Part shown: in pieces, positions 25,601 through 38,081 of the stretch | Layout: each line of letters begins with the position of its first letter | How positions within the stretch are numbered: the first letter of the stretch is position 1 | Origin: Octopus sinensis | Lineage: Eukaryota | Length of the DNA stretch: 64,000 nucleotides | Assembly (NCBI RefSeq): GCF_006345805.1 | Contig: NC_042999.1 | Location: 22,134,001-22,198,000, forward strand | Direction of reading: 5' to 3' | Made by a program: the position numbers and the translations under genes | The notes under the pieces: model-generated | Seen by the model: the letters and a program-made list of their open reading frames with translations, nothing else | Told to the model about the DNA's origin: nothing | Database searches by the model: none

Positions 25601-26106
25601 AATTATATAATTTGTTTAAAATAACTTTTACTAAAACAAATCATTTCTGTATTGCCCCAACATTCAACCTATATACTGATAAGAAAAAGAAAAATCAAAA
25701 AGACGCCGGTCATTAATAAACTAAACTGAGATGGATTTCAGCTCTTCATACCAACATCATTATCAATATTACTCTGATTAAAGGCGGCGAACTGGCAAGA
25801 ATCGTTCGGAGGCCGTACAAACTGCTTAGCGGTATTTCGTCCGTCTTAACGTTCTGAATTCGAATTCTGCCGAGTTTGACTTTGTCTATCATATTTTCGG
25901 GGTCGATGAAATAAGTACAAGTTGAGTATTAAGGTCCATGTAATCAACATATCCCACTTCCAGTATTGCTGGCCTCGTGTCATAATTTGAAAACAATATT
26001 GCTGTGAGTAAGGGCGGTGGATGGGCAGAATCGTTAGTCAAGTGCTTGAATCGATGTAGTCGACTAGACCTCATCACCATCACCACCACTCCCTCTCAGA
26101 TTGTTG

Positions 26107-26540
26107 GCGCAGGAGTGGCTGTGTAGTATGTAGCTTGCTTACCAATCACATGGTTCCGTGGTTCCGGGTTCAGTCCCACTGCGTGGTACTTCAGGCAAGT
26201 GTCTTCTACTATAACCTCGGGCCGACCAAAGCCCTATGAGTGGATTTGGTAGAATGAAACTGAAAAGAGCCCATCGTGTACATACATGCATATGTTTGTG
26301 TGTGTGTGTATGTATTTATATGTATGTATTTGTGTGTATGTGTGTCTGTTTGTCTCCCCCTCACCATCGCTTGACAACCGATGTTAGTGTGTTTACGTCC
26401 CCGTAAATTAGCAGTTCGTCAAAAGATACCCGATAGAATAAGTACTAGTCAAAGAATAAGTCTTGAGGTCGATTTGTTCGACTACAGACGGTGCTCCAGC
26501 ATGGCTGCAGTCAAATCACTGAAACAAATGAAAGCATGAA
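26107..26540 (+). mobile_element. SINE family A, full length
   Basis: ggcgcaggagtggctgtgt head to gcatggctgcagtcaaatcactgaaac tail. Confidence 0.9.
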
Positions 26541-27292
26541 AGAATTATGTCTAAATCAGAAACAAAATATTATTGGTCTTTCTTTTCAATCTCTATCTGC
26601 TCAATTGTATTAAATTGACTGACTTTTTTTCTGTTTGAATTTTGTGATCAATGACCTAATCATTGATTCACTTTACGATCATAAGAGTGACAATGGGCGG
26701 TTATTGGAACTAGGACAGAGCACATATCATGCATGAAATGTTTGTTCGAAAGCACCAGTTTGCCGCTTCTATTGCCAACGTTTACACCTTTCACCGAAAG
26801 ATGAACACAAATATACATGCATGTATCTATGCATATATACATTTGAGATAAGTACGTCTCTTAATTTTGCAAACTTATTCGTATATACATATATGTGCGT
26901 CTGTGTGTGTGTGTGTGTATTAATGTTTTATATATATATATATCATTATATATATCAAACCAATTTAATATTAAACCCGACAGTTTTATATTGAATTACG
27001 CAATACATTTTAGTACTCTTTTACTCTTTTACTTGTTTCAGTCATTTAACTGCGGCTATGCTGGAGCACCGCCCGTAGTCGAGAAAATCGACCCCAGGAC
27101 TTATTCTTTGTAAGCCTAGGAATTATTCTATCGGCTCCTTTTGCCGAACCGCTGTTACGGGAACGTAAACACACCAACATCGGTTGTCAAGCGATGTTGG
27201 GGGGGCAAACACAGACACACACAAACATGCATATGTGTGTGTGTGTATGTATGTATATATATGTATGTATTTGTGTGCATGTGTGTCTGTTT

Positions 27293-27798
27293 GTCAAGTA
27301 GTGTTCGAAGGTTATATGGATACAGTTTGTGTATCAAATAGCTAACTTAAGGCGATGGCCTCATGGAGCTAATAAGCGGACAGCTTTATTCTTATTTTTA
27401 TAAGAATGCCATATTAGTATGGCGATAACTATTATTTTCCGGGAACGCTGCCGTTGTTCTCTTTTAGAGAGACTTAGTAATTTTAATATTTCTATTATTG
27501 AAAACAAGTGGATGTATTCCACCGAAGCTAGGTAAATAAAACCTTCGAACAGAGATTGTCAGAAGCGACACCTACTGGTCTGGCTACGCTGCATTGAAAA
27601 GGGGCAATACCCCGAAACGCGTCTGTAGCTGCCGGTCAAGTAGTGTGGAGCGACTGACCTCCCTTGTTCGAAGGTATATGGATACAGTTTGTGTATCAAA
27701 TAGCTAACTTAAGGCGATGGCCTCATGGAGCTAATAAGCGGACAGCTTTATTCTTATTTTTATAAGAATGCCCTATTAGTATGGCGATAACTATTATT
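27293..27798 (+). mobile_element. Retrozyme/Penelope-like 1.4-mer insertion, 363-nt unit
   Basis: 27303-27436 is repeated at 27666-27798 (period 363; one indel, one substitution); the unit contains an HHR. Confidence 0.7.
27583..27634 (+). ncRNA. Type I hammerhead ribozyme with U3-A8 compensatory core
   Basis: GCUGCA UUGAAAA GGGG caaua CCCC GAAA CGCGUC / UGUAGC. Stem I is 6 bp plus a distal CUGGC/GCCGG helix; stem III is the palindrome ACGCGU; predicted cleavage after C27623. Confidence 0.75.
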
Positions 27799-28672
27799 AT
27801 ATATATATATATATATACACATACATATGACGGGCTTTTTTCAGTTTCCGTCTACCAAATCTACTCACAAGGCTTTGGTCCGCCCGAGGCTATAGTAGAA
27901 GACGCTTGCCCAAGGTGCCACGCAGTGGGACTGAACCCAGAACCATATGGTTCGTAAGCAAGCTACTTAACCGCACAACCACTCCTACGCCTATAGAGTA
28001 CATATTTATCAAACTTTATACCAAGAAAAGGATGAGAATGACTTCAAACGTTCGGCATCTTTGCTTTCTATAAATGTGCGTGTGTGTGTACGTGTGTGTG
28101 TCTGTGCGCGCGTGCGCTTATTTTTTTGTAATGTAAACTATGTTTAGTTTCATCTCTGTATGTGAAAAAGATAACTTAGTGATCACAAATGGAAAGAAAT
28201 AAAATATGCATCAGACCAAACTAATCATTTAGGAACAATATGATCGATCTAAAAAAAAAAGTTGAAGGGGGAACTCCAGCTTGGCCGAAGTGCAGTGACT
28301 GAAAATAAGAAAAATAAAATATATATAAAAGTGGGTCGGCAAAAGAGACTTTTCAAAACACATGGGGGAGAGCTGTTCGATCAAACCTCCAAGGTGGTGC
28401 CCCAGCATGACCGCGGCCCAATGACTGAAGCAAGTAAAATAAAAAGATAAGATGAATAATATGGAATACCATTAAGGCCTCAGCCATTACTCGCAAATGC
28501 GTATGGCTTTGTTTTGCTTGTACCATGCTTTCACTAATCGTATTAGATTCCTCTATAGTCACGGACTAACATAGGCATCTCATCCACTCCTTTATACAGC
28601 GACGACAAACCCAGGATATGAAAACTAAGAAATGAGAACGCTGCATCGGCACTCGCATGATACACCTTTTAA

Positions 28673-29095
28673 GCTGGGCGGCGAGTTGGCAGAATCGTTA
28701 GCCCGCCGGGCGAGATGCTTAGCGGTATTTCGTCTGTCATTACAATCTGAGGTCAAATTCCGCCGATGCCGACTTTGCCTTTCATCCTTTCGGGGTCGAT
28801 AAATTAAGTACCAGTTACGCTCTGGGGTCGATATAATCGACTTAATCCGTTTGACTGTCCTTGTTTGTCCTCTCTGTGTTTAGCCCCTTGTGAGTAGTAA
28901 AGAAATAGGTTTTTCGTCTGTGTTTATATTCTGAGTTCAAATTCCGCCGAGGTCGACTTTACCTTTCATCCTTTCGGAGTCGATAAATTAAATACCAGTT
29001 ACGCACTGGGGTCGATATCATCGACTTAATCCGTCTGTCTGTCCTTGTTTGTCTCCTATGTGTTTAGACCCTTGTGGGTAGTAAAGAAATAGATA
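28673..29095 (+). mobile_element. SINE family B dimer
   Basis: Head ggcggcgagttggcagaatcgttagc, then two units joined at aagaaatagg|ttttcgtc. Confidence 0.85.
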
Positions 29096-29615
29096 TTCCT
29101 TTTCAGCTGAGTATGGTTGTACAACGGAAAAAGAAAAGTGCTGCCCTATCTAGGAACTGTACTAACGGCATTATGCTCGTTAACCGAACGCTTTAACCAG
29201 TGGGCAACGCGCCTTCAGTCACTAGATACTGTGATTATTGTGTTAAGCGAACACAGAGATATTTGTTCAGTTTGGAGTCACCTTGCTGAATCGACCCATG
29301 GCAAATAAACTTAATTTTCGCTCAGCTGCCCTATTTCACTGTAAATGGGTACAGTTCTTTTGTTCATCTGCTATAGAGTAAAATGAATAAACGTTCATTA
29401 CTAGCTTGTAGTTTAGAGTTGCCGTCCTCCTGATGACCTTGGTCATGAGACAAGCACTTGTACTGCTGTGGTATTTAATTATATCACCGACACATCAAAG
29501 TAAACACGCAATGAATGAATTATTTTACAAACACAAGTGAAGTGGTTGTAAATCAAAATAGCATTATTTCCTTCGTTATTTGCTACTCAGGAAGTCAGAC
29601 ATTGCTTTGTGAGTG

Positions 29616-30503
29616 AAATAATGTAATGTTCTTATATTTTCCAATCGTATTAGCGAAACCCAGTTATAACTTACTTTAATGTCTATAACATAACCCCCTC
29701 AATTGAAATAGTAATTAGTTTCTCGGAAACAAACACCCAAGTTTGCGCGTGGCTAAGTGATAAGTTATGTTGCACTCACGATTGCTAGATCGGGGTTTCG
29801 ATTCCCTGAGCAGGGGTGTGTTTTATTCTCGCGCAAAATAATGTAATGTTCTTATATTTTCCAATAGTATTAGCGAAACCCAGTTATAACTTACTTTAAT
29901 GTCTATAACATAACCCCCTCATTTGAAATAGTAATTAGTTTCTCGGAAACAAACACCCAAGTTTGCGCGTGGCTAAGTGATAAGTTATGTTGCACTCACG
30001 ATTGCTAGATCAGGGTTTCGATTCCCTGAGTGGAGGTGTGTTTTATTCTCGCACAAAATAATGTAATATTCTTATATTTTCCAATCGTATTAGCGAAACC
30101 CAGTTATAACTTACTTTAATGTCTATAACATAACCCCCTCAATTGAAATAGTAATTCGTTTCTCGGAAACAAACACCCAAGTTTGCGCGTGGCCAAGTGA
30201 TAAGTTATGTTGCACTCACGATTGCTAGATCAGGGTTTCGATTCCCTGAGTGGGGGTGTGTTTTATTCTCGCGCAAAATAATGTAATGTTCTTATATTTT
30301 CCAATAGTATTAGCGAAACCCAGTTATAACTTACTTTAATGTCTATAACATAACCCCTCAATTGAAATAGTAATTAGTTTCTCGGAAACTAAGAAACACA
30401 CAAGTTTGCGCGTGGCCAAGTGATAAGTTATGTTGCACTCACGATTGCTAGATCGGGTTTTCGATTCCCTGAGCGGAGGGGGGTGTTTTATTCTCGCGCA
30501 AAA
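29616..30503 (+). repeat. Tandem array, 4 x 220 bp, each unit with a tRNA-like Pol III promoter
   Basis: atgtaatgtt (or atgtaatatt) recurs at 29621, 29841, 30061 and 30281. Each unit has TGGCYAAGTGA, GGTTTCGATTCC (GGTTTTCGATTCC in unit 4) and a TTTT shortly downstream. Confidence 0.9.
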
Positions 30504-30639
30504 AAAATTAATTACTTTTTTCCTCAACTCCAGTGAATCATAATTGAGTATCCCTGCAACGGATCAACGCCCAGTTCAGCCGGAACATTGTGATCTCGGT
30601 CACTTATACAACCTGTAAATCAGATAACTGGCCTCTTGA

Positions 30640-31340
30640 GGCCGTTACATTCTGAGTTCAAATTCCGCCGAGGTTGATTTTTGCCTTTCATCCTTTAAGG
30701 GTCGATAAATTAAGTACCATTTACGCATTGGGGTCGATGTAATCAACTTAATCCCTTTTTCTGTCCTTGTTTGTCCACTCTATCTTTGGCTCCCTTGTGG
30801 GCAATAAAGAAATAAGAATCGTTAGCACCCCGGGCGAAATGTGTAGCCGTATTTCGTCTGCCGTTACGTTCTGAGTTCAAATTCCGCCGAGGTTGACTTT
30901 GCCTTTCATCCTTTAAGGGTCGATAAATTAAGTACAATTTACGCACTGGGGTCGATGTAATCAACTTAATCCCTTTTTCTGTCCTTGTTTGTCCCCTCTA
31001 TCTTTGGCCCCTTGTGGGCAATAAAGAAATAAGAATCGTTAGCACCCCGGGCTAAATGTGTAGCAGTATTTCATCTGCCGTTACGTTCTGAGTTCAAATT
31101 CTGCCAAAGTCGACTTTGCCTTTCATCCTTTCGGGGTCGATTAAATAAGTACCAGTTACGCACTGGGGTCGATGTAATCGACTTAATCCGTTTGTGTGTC
31201 CTTGTTTGTACCCTCCGTGTGTAGCCTCTTGTGGGCAGTAAAGAAATAAGTATTTTGTCTGCCGCTACGTTCGGAGTTCAAATTGCGCCGAGGTCAACTT
31301 TGCCTTTCATTCTTTCGGGGTCGATAAATTAAGTACCATT
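30640..31340 (+). mobile_element. SINE family B multimer (about 4 units)
   Basis: Repeated ttctgagttcaaattccgccgagg...gggtcgat units; junction aagaaataa|gaatcgttagc. Confidence 0.85.
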
Positions 31341-31344
31341 TAAT

Positions 31345-31800
31345 GAAATAATGAAAGGCAAAAGTTGACCTCGGCGCAATTTTGAGCTAAGAACATAAAG
31401 AGCCAAGAGAAATCCGATGAGGCGTTTTTCGCGCGCGCTGATTCTTTTCTACTCTAGGCACAATGCCCAACTGGTACTTAATTTATTGACCCCGAATGGA
31501 TGAAAGGCAAAGTTGACGTCGACGGAATTTGAACTCAAAATGTAAAGATAGACGAAATACCGCTAAGCATTTCGCCTGGCGTGCTAACGTTTCTTATTTC
31601 TTTATTGCCCACAAGGGAAAGACAAACGGATTAAGTCGATTATATCGACCCCAGTGCGTAACTGGTACTTATTTAATCGACCCCAAAAGGATGAAAGGCA
31701 AAGTCGACCTCGGCGGAATTTGAACTCAGAAGGTAGCGGCAGATGAAATACGGCTACGCATTTCGCCCGGCGTGCTAACGTTTCTGCCAGCTCGCCGCCT
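31345..31800 (-). mobile_element. SINE family B fragments and multimer, opposite orientation
   Basis: Reverse-complement units ending cgccgcctt. Confidence 0.8.
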
Positions 31801-32654
31801 TCACGCACGCTGATTCTGCCAACTCGCCACCATTGCTGTAGTAATAACTCTTCTAAAAGGCATTTATGGCACATAATCTAATTTCTTTTATTTTTTTCTT
31901 AAGGTATTAGTACTGGTTGTTCTATTTTCTGTTTTATTCTATTTGTATATTTAATTTCATTGCGAGGCTCACTAGAGTTCAACAAGGTAAATAAATTACC
32001 GACGCACCTCACATGGAAAGTTTCAACAAAAAAAGCATGAATAAATAAATGTATCACAACCCAATTTCTTTTTTTCTTGCTCCATGATTTTGCGGTTTCG
32101 TTCCAAGCAATGGTTCTTAATCTTTTTTGATTTCATGCTGCACTGGAAATGAAAAGAAAAAAATATACTGGCACACCTCGCATGGAAAGTTTGAAAAAAT
32201 AGGTTTAAACATTACAGCTTTCTATATAGTTATTTTTCTATGGAAAAATATATAGAGAGAAAACAGTACTTGCCTTCTTTTATTAATCATACTTGTGTAT
32301 AGCAAAACTGTAAATATCAAGCTTTTTTTTTTTTAATATGTTTCATGCATTAGTATAGATTTTTCTAGAGCTACCAATTATTTTTTTTAAATTCGTTCTG
32401 CACCTAGTTACCCGATGTGATGCACCTTTTGAGAACAGCTGTTCTAAAAGGAGAAAGTAATCTGTTGCAGGGATACTCAATTACAAGTGGAGTTGAGGAA
32501 AGGGTAATACATTGTATTGCCCGAGAATGAAACGCATCCCCGCTCCAAACGCACCCCCTGTAAACTCAGACCTTTCAACGCTTGACAAACGGTGTTGGTT
32601 TCTTTATGTTTCAGTAACGCCGAGGTTTGGAAAAACAGAACGGTAGAATAACTA

Positions 32655-32890
32655 CCTGTTTTTTTATTACCCACAAGGGGCTACACACAGAGGGGACAAA
32701 CAAGGACAGACACACGGATTAAGTCGATTACATCGATCCCAGTGTGTAACTGGTACTTATTTAATCGACCCCGAAAGGATGAAAGGCAAACTCGACCTCG
32801 GCGGAATTTGAACTCAGAACGTAACGGCAGACGAAATACCGCTAAGCATTTCGACTAACGTGCTAACGATTCTGCCAACTCGCCGCCTTG
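32655..32890 (-). mobile_element. SINE family B
   Basis: Near-complete single unit with head. Confidence 0.85.
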
Positions 32891-34369
32891 AGGTACCAGC
32901 GTTAAAAAGTGAATTTTGAGATCGATCTGTTCAACTGAAGCCCTTCAAGGCGGTGCTCCAGCATGGCCGCAGTTCAATGACCGAAACAAGTAAAAGACCA
33001 AAAAAAAAAAAAAAAGAAAAGAAACAAAACATGACGACTAATGTATGAGATGTTCAAACTAATTATTAGTTATTCCTGAACAACAAAATATATTAGTTTT
33101 GTAATGAAGTTTAAACATTCCTCAAAATAATTTTGCATAAAGTGTATTCCTGTTGTAAATCACTATTTATTTTACTGTTGCACGAATTTTCCTAACCATT
33201 TGCATTAATTTCAAAGTCTTCAACACTTTTCTGTTTTTCATCTCTGTCTATACGACAAGAATGGTGTTCTGTATTTTCACTTGTTATACAGCATCATACA
33301 ATTTTATTGTATCTTGCTTGATTTCATGCCATTTAACTACTTGACGGCATTCATTTTATGGTACAGAATACTTTAAATTCATAATATTTTAAATTCCTTG
33401 CATTTCTAAATTCAATTGTAATTTTCTTTAATTAATTTTCTTTACGTTAATTCATTTAGCGATTTCATGTTAATTTTTATGTCGTAAAATATTCTCGGTT
33501 CGATGTTTGCAGCTATTTTTATGTATTTCAAGATTTCCGTTTAGATTACCTTCCTTTTTTCCATACTTTTTCATTCTCCAGTATTTCATTGAATTATGCT
33601 TGCTTCTATTCTTTTCTTCTTTACTAATATCGTCTTTTCTTTTTCAGATACAAATCTCTCATCCTCTATTTCTAATCCTTCTCTGATGTCCAGGTTACAC
33701 TCTATAATCCAGCATTTCATTGAAAGTTGGTGCCCGCTTCTGCGTAGAACTCACTCACGCCACCTTTATTCACCTCTCTCTTCTGAATTTCAGCTGCATC
33801 AACTTTTAATTAATCTAACTCAAATCCTCCCTTTTTTCATTCTTCGAAGAGTTTATGCTGTGTTCTCAAACTTCTGCAATCACCGACGGTTATTCGAAAT
33901 TCTCATGTTCTGCTTTCACTCATCTATATCATATCATTTCCTTCTTTCTCTCCCTAAAGACTTCCACAACAACTCTGTCTAAAACAGCAACACACAAATA
34001 CCCTTGGCCACTTTGTCATCTCCAAACCTAACCATCACTCTCACTCATACTTGACATTCCAAATTCCACATTCAAATTTTCTCCTATGATATGTCCACGT
34101 GCTTTGAGTATGAATGAACAATTCAGTAAAGTGAATCAATGATTAGGTCATTGATCACAAAATTCAAGCAGTTTCCAACAAGCAATGTCACTCATAAGGC
34201 ATTGATCGACCTGGCACTAAAGTAGATGGCAGTTTCCCAAGGCGTCACGCAATGGACCTGAACTCAAACCCATGTGGTTGCAAAGTGATCCTGTGCTTTG
34301 AATTAATTGCATGGCAATATATATGATTACATTTCAAAGACATAAAATACCTGATCCGCCATCCATTTC

Positions 34370-34860
34370 GGTCCAGTATTCCTGGGAGGGGGGTCATACC
34401 AGAAACGACCGGTATTGCAAGTTCTCGTTGGATTCCCATATGTGACTCATTGACACAATGGATATTACCCGATCATCTGCCCTTACGCCTCTTGCCAGTT
34501 GACGTTGCTTGAAGAGTTTCTTTCCTGCGACATTGTAACCACATGTCCATAGTGCCGGAGCTGTTACCTCTCAAAGTGGAAAATTATAGGCTTGACCTGG
34601 GGAAACTCCCAGATCTTCGATCTACATACTCTGTCGGGGTAACTTGCTTGAGAGACCCTTCTTAGGATCCTGATTTTAGTTGCTTGTATTCCTGATTGTA
34701 TTCTCCTAGCCATTACCCAACGTTTAATTAATACCCACAATGCAGATTCTGTCTGACATATGTCTACTACATCCATCAGTAAATTGGTCATTGGTTTTCG
34801 AGGATGATTCAGTATCATGTACGATGCTTTTACTAATCGTTTTAGGTACTCGCTCATCAA
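34370..34860 (-). pseudogene. Decayed RTE-clade LINE fragment
   Basis: WVMARRIQSGIQATKIRILRRVSQASYPDRVCRSKIWEFPQVKPIIFHFER*QLRHYGHVVTMSQER resembles RTE RT-downstream motifs (…RFLRR…DRVR…QLRWxGHVxRM). Confidence 0.7.
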
Positions 34861-35281
34861 TAACAGAGACGTCCCTCGACTGTCCTACCCTTATGTCATT
34901 GTAACATACAAGATGAAACCGATGGAGGCATGGATGAATCCACTTGCACAGGAGTTTATTTAATTATAGGCTTTGTAATGATGAAAGGTAAAGCTGACCG
35001 CAGTGGTACTAGAATGAAAAGTGTACAAAGCCAGCAGAAACAATCATTCCGAAGTTCCAACGATTCCGGAAACCGGAATCTAATTATATCCAATCATGTT
35101 CTAGAATAATATATTTGTACTATGGGTGTACAACAAAAAAATTGAAACGCAAACCTTTTATTAGCAGACTATCTCAAGTTAAGGTTCTACGTAGAGAAAT
35201 ATCATGCGAACAATGAAACAGCTGCAACAGATATGAAGTAAATATATATGCCTTGGTAACACAGTACTACATGTATCTATT

Positions 35282-35417
35282 GTATGTATGTATGTATGTA
35301 TGTATGTATGTATGTATGTATGTATGTATGTATGTATGTACGTATGTATGTATGTATGTATGTATGTATGTATGTGTGTATGTATGTATGTATGTATGTA
35401 TGTATGTATGTATGTAT
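35282..35417. repeat. (TATG)n microsatellite
   Basis: Directly visible. Confidence 0.95.
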
Positions 35418-35689
35418 GAGATTTTCAGTTTTATTACAAGATTTCTTGCCAATAGAGAAAGAATCGGTTTCTAACCTAGATCCAAGGCTCCTTCATCGGA
35501 ATTTCAACAGCAGCAACAAGGTATTATTGTTTCTATATACGTATGTATGTATGTATGTGCATGTTCAGATTTTGATGTTTTGCTTTATCTAAGTATTCTC
35601 ATGCAAATAGTATTATCTCTAGACATGCTCATATATATTTAAATGATAAACTTCTGGAAAGACTCCTTTACTCGAATTTCAACATCAAC

Positions 35690-35972
35690 TATGTATGTAT
35701 GTATGTATGTATGTTTCTTCTATTTTTTAATTATATAAATCTTCAACTGAGGAGGGAACCGGTTTCCAACAAAAATACAAGGTTCCATCTCTAGGATGTA
35801 GTTAACAGACAAATTCAAATTTGGAATTTGAGAAATGTCTTGCATATTTTTACTGTTCCACTCACAGAATGTACTTGTAATGTACAAATTAGCCAGTCTA
35901 TTTCTCTTTCTGAAAATCCCAGTTTATCCAGATTATCCTTGAAGCATTTACTAACAAAACCTAGTGCTCCAT
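35690..35972 (-). pseudogene. 3' end of an R4/Dong-like (RLE-endonuclease) non-LTR retrotransposon
   Basis: GALGFVSKCFKDNLDKLGFSEREIDWLICTLQVHSVSGTVKICKTFLKF matches the GALG...GTxKI C-terminal pattern of RLE elements; the 3' UTR ends in (CATA)n. Confidence 0.6.
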
Positions 35973-36005
35973 ATTTGTATATGCGTATGTGTATGTACAT
36001 ATATA

Positions 36006-36058
<53 letters not shown>

Positions 36059-36992
36059 ATACGTTTATATATTTTTATGGTTGAATTACACCGAAAAATG
36101 GCGACACAGCAGTCAAAAAGCCGTAAAAAATAGAGATTTTCATAGAAAAAAAGCACCTTTTTATGTAAATAATTTTTGATATTAACATGGTCCGATTTCA
36201 ATTTTTCTTCTACGGAATGAAGAGCAAGCCTTCTTGTATCGTACTCTCGATTTTGGTCAACGTGCGCCGCAATGTCTCGGTAGAGATAGTGTTAGTTGAA
36301 GGTTACCAAACCTGCAACACACAGACAACTTCAGCTTTATATGTAAAGATATATATGTATGTATGTATATATGCATGTATGTGTTCATATGTACATATGT
36401 ATGTATGTATATATGTCAACAATCAGCTACGAGAAATGAAATCATTCTTTTGGCGTGTGAAGGAACGAAGTATGAAAATATAAAAACAAAAGAAAACTAC
36501 ATACTTTGGTAACGAAGTCCGAATGGCGACTTATGAGATCTATGTCTTGGTTCTGTTCAAGAAATGTATTTACCTTTGGGTAGTACAGTTTAAGAACACG
36601 ATCTATTTCTTTTGAACACTAATTGAGGAAGTTATAGAACAGCGCAATCTATAATTACCGCTTCACGAAATGTTATTCTGGTGTTGAGTATATTACCTGT
36701 TATTAGGTTGCACATCGAAATTTGAGCTAGAACGAACCGAGTTTTGAAGGATATAATCAGATATTTCATATGATAACGGCGACAATATGTGTGTGGTGGA
36801 GGGCGTGTTTGTATACATATATATATATATATGCACGTGTGTAGGTGTATCTGTATGTATGTCTGTATGTATGTATACATATATGTGTATGTATATGTAT
36901 TTATGCATGTATATGTTTATATGTACGCATACATGTTTGTGTGTGCGTATGTATGTGAAAATTCATATTTATATGTATATATATATATATTA

Positions 36993-37058
<66 letters not shown>

Positions 37059-38020
37059 AATATATTATATATATATATATATATTTATTTATTTATTTAT
37101 ATATACATATTTTTATATTTGTATATACCTATATAATTACATATTTGAATATTAATTTTTACCTATATGGTATTTTTTATTATACGCTCTCCACTGATAA
37201 ACTATTAATATTTAATGATGTTATACCTAATTATGTATACATGGGTATATTACCCTGTATTATGTTTTTCTTCCATTTTTGAATATTTATATGTACATAT
37301 AGCGGCGTTCGTGCACTTCCGTTTACCTTGTAAGTAAATACACAAGCATGTATGCATACATATGACACTTGCACAAGGTGTCACGCAGTGGGACTGAACC
37401 CATAACCATGTGGTTGGTAAGCAAGCTTCTTTCCACACAGCCACTTGCATTAAATAAACAACGATAACTAAAAAAAAACGTACATGTAGGACAGACACGG
37501 AAGTAACTTAAATCTTCATCAGTTATCAATCGAATAGTTATATTCAGTTTCATGTCTTTAATGATAATACTGAGAACTTTGCATATCGATGGCACCCGCA
37601 AAATTTGCGGAGAATTACGGCTTCGAGCGAACAAAGTTATACAAAATGGTCGTACGAAAGTCAAAAAATGTATTTTAAGACGATTGACAAAGACAGTATA
37701 AATAAGTGAACGAGAAAAATACTTGTACGAGAAAAATACGGCCTTTCAGCCCAAAACATTACAGTCATGAATAACGCCTGGAAGAAATCCTGAATGGATA
37801 TAGAAAGACGAATAGCAAGAGAGGAAAAAAGGTATCGACCGGCAAGCTTGGCGTCCGGTGCCAAAAAGGTAGAGAAATGGGAAAATTGGTCTCGGTTCAC
37901 GAGTGAACGGTAGACAGAGGAGAAATAGGATAATAAAGAGGGAGAGAGTGTCAGAGAGAACAGGAGGTAGAAAGTCTACAATTACAAGTGAGGGGACAAA
38001 TAACTAAAAGAGTACAAGAG

Positions 38021-38078
<58 letters not shown>

Positions 38079-38081
<3 letters not shown>

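Larger units (their letters stand above)
27017..27993 (-). mobile_element. SINE family A split by an insertion in its internal microsatellite (3' part 27017-27292, 5' part 27800-27993)
   Basis: The two halves are collinear with intact family-A copies once 27293-27798 is removed. Confidence 0.85.

Noticed and set aside
29421-29470. CTGATGA...GAGAC AAGCACTT GTA as an HHR
   Set aside because: GAAA altered, stem II weak and stem I cannot pair.
29616-30503. CRISPR-like appearance of regular repeats (also 1300-2061 and 61020-61925)
   Set aside because: Eukaryotic context, units of 184-232 bp without unique spacers, no cas genes.
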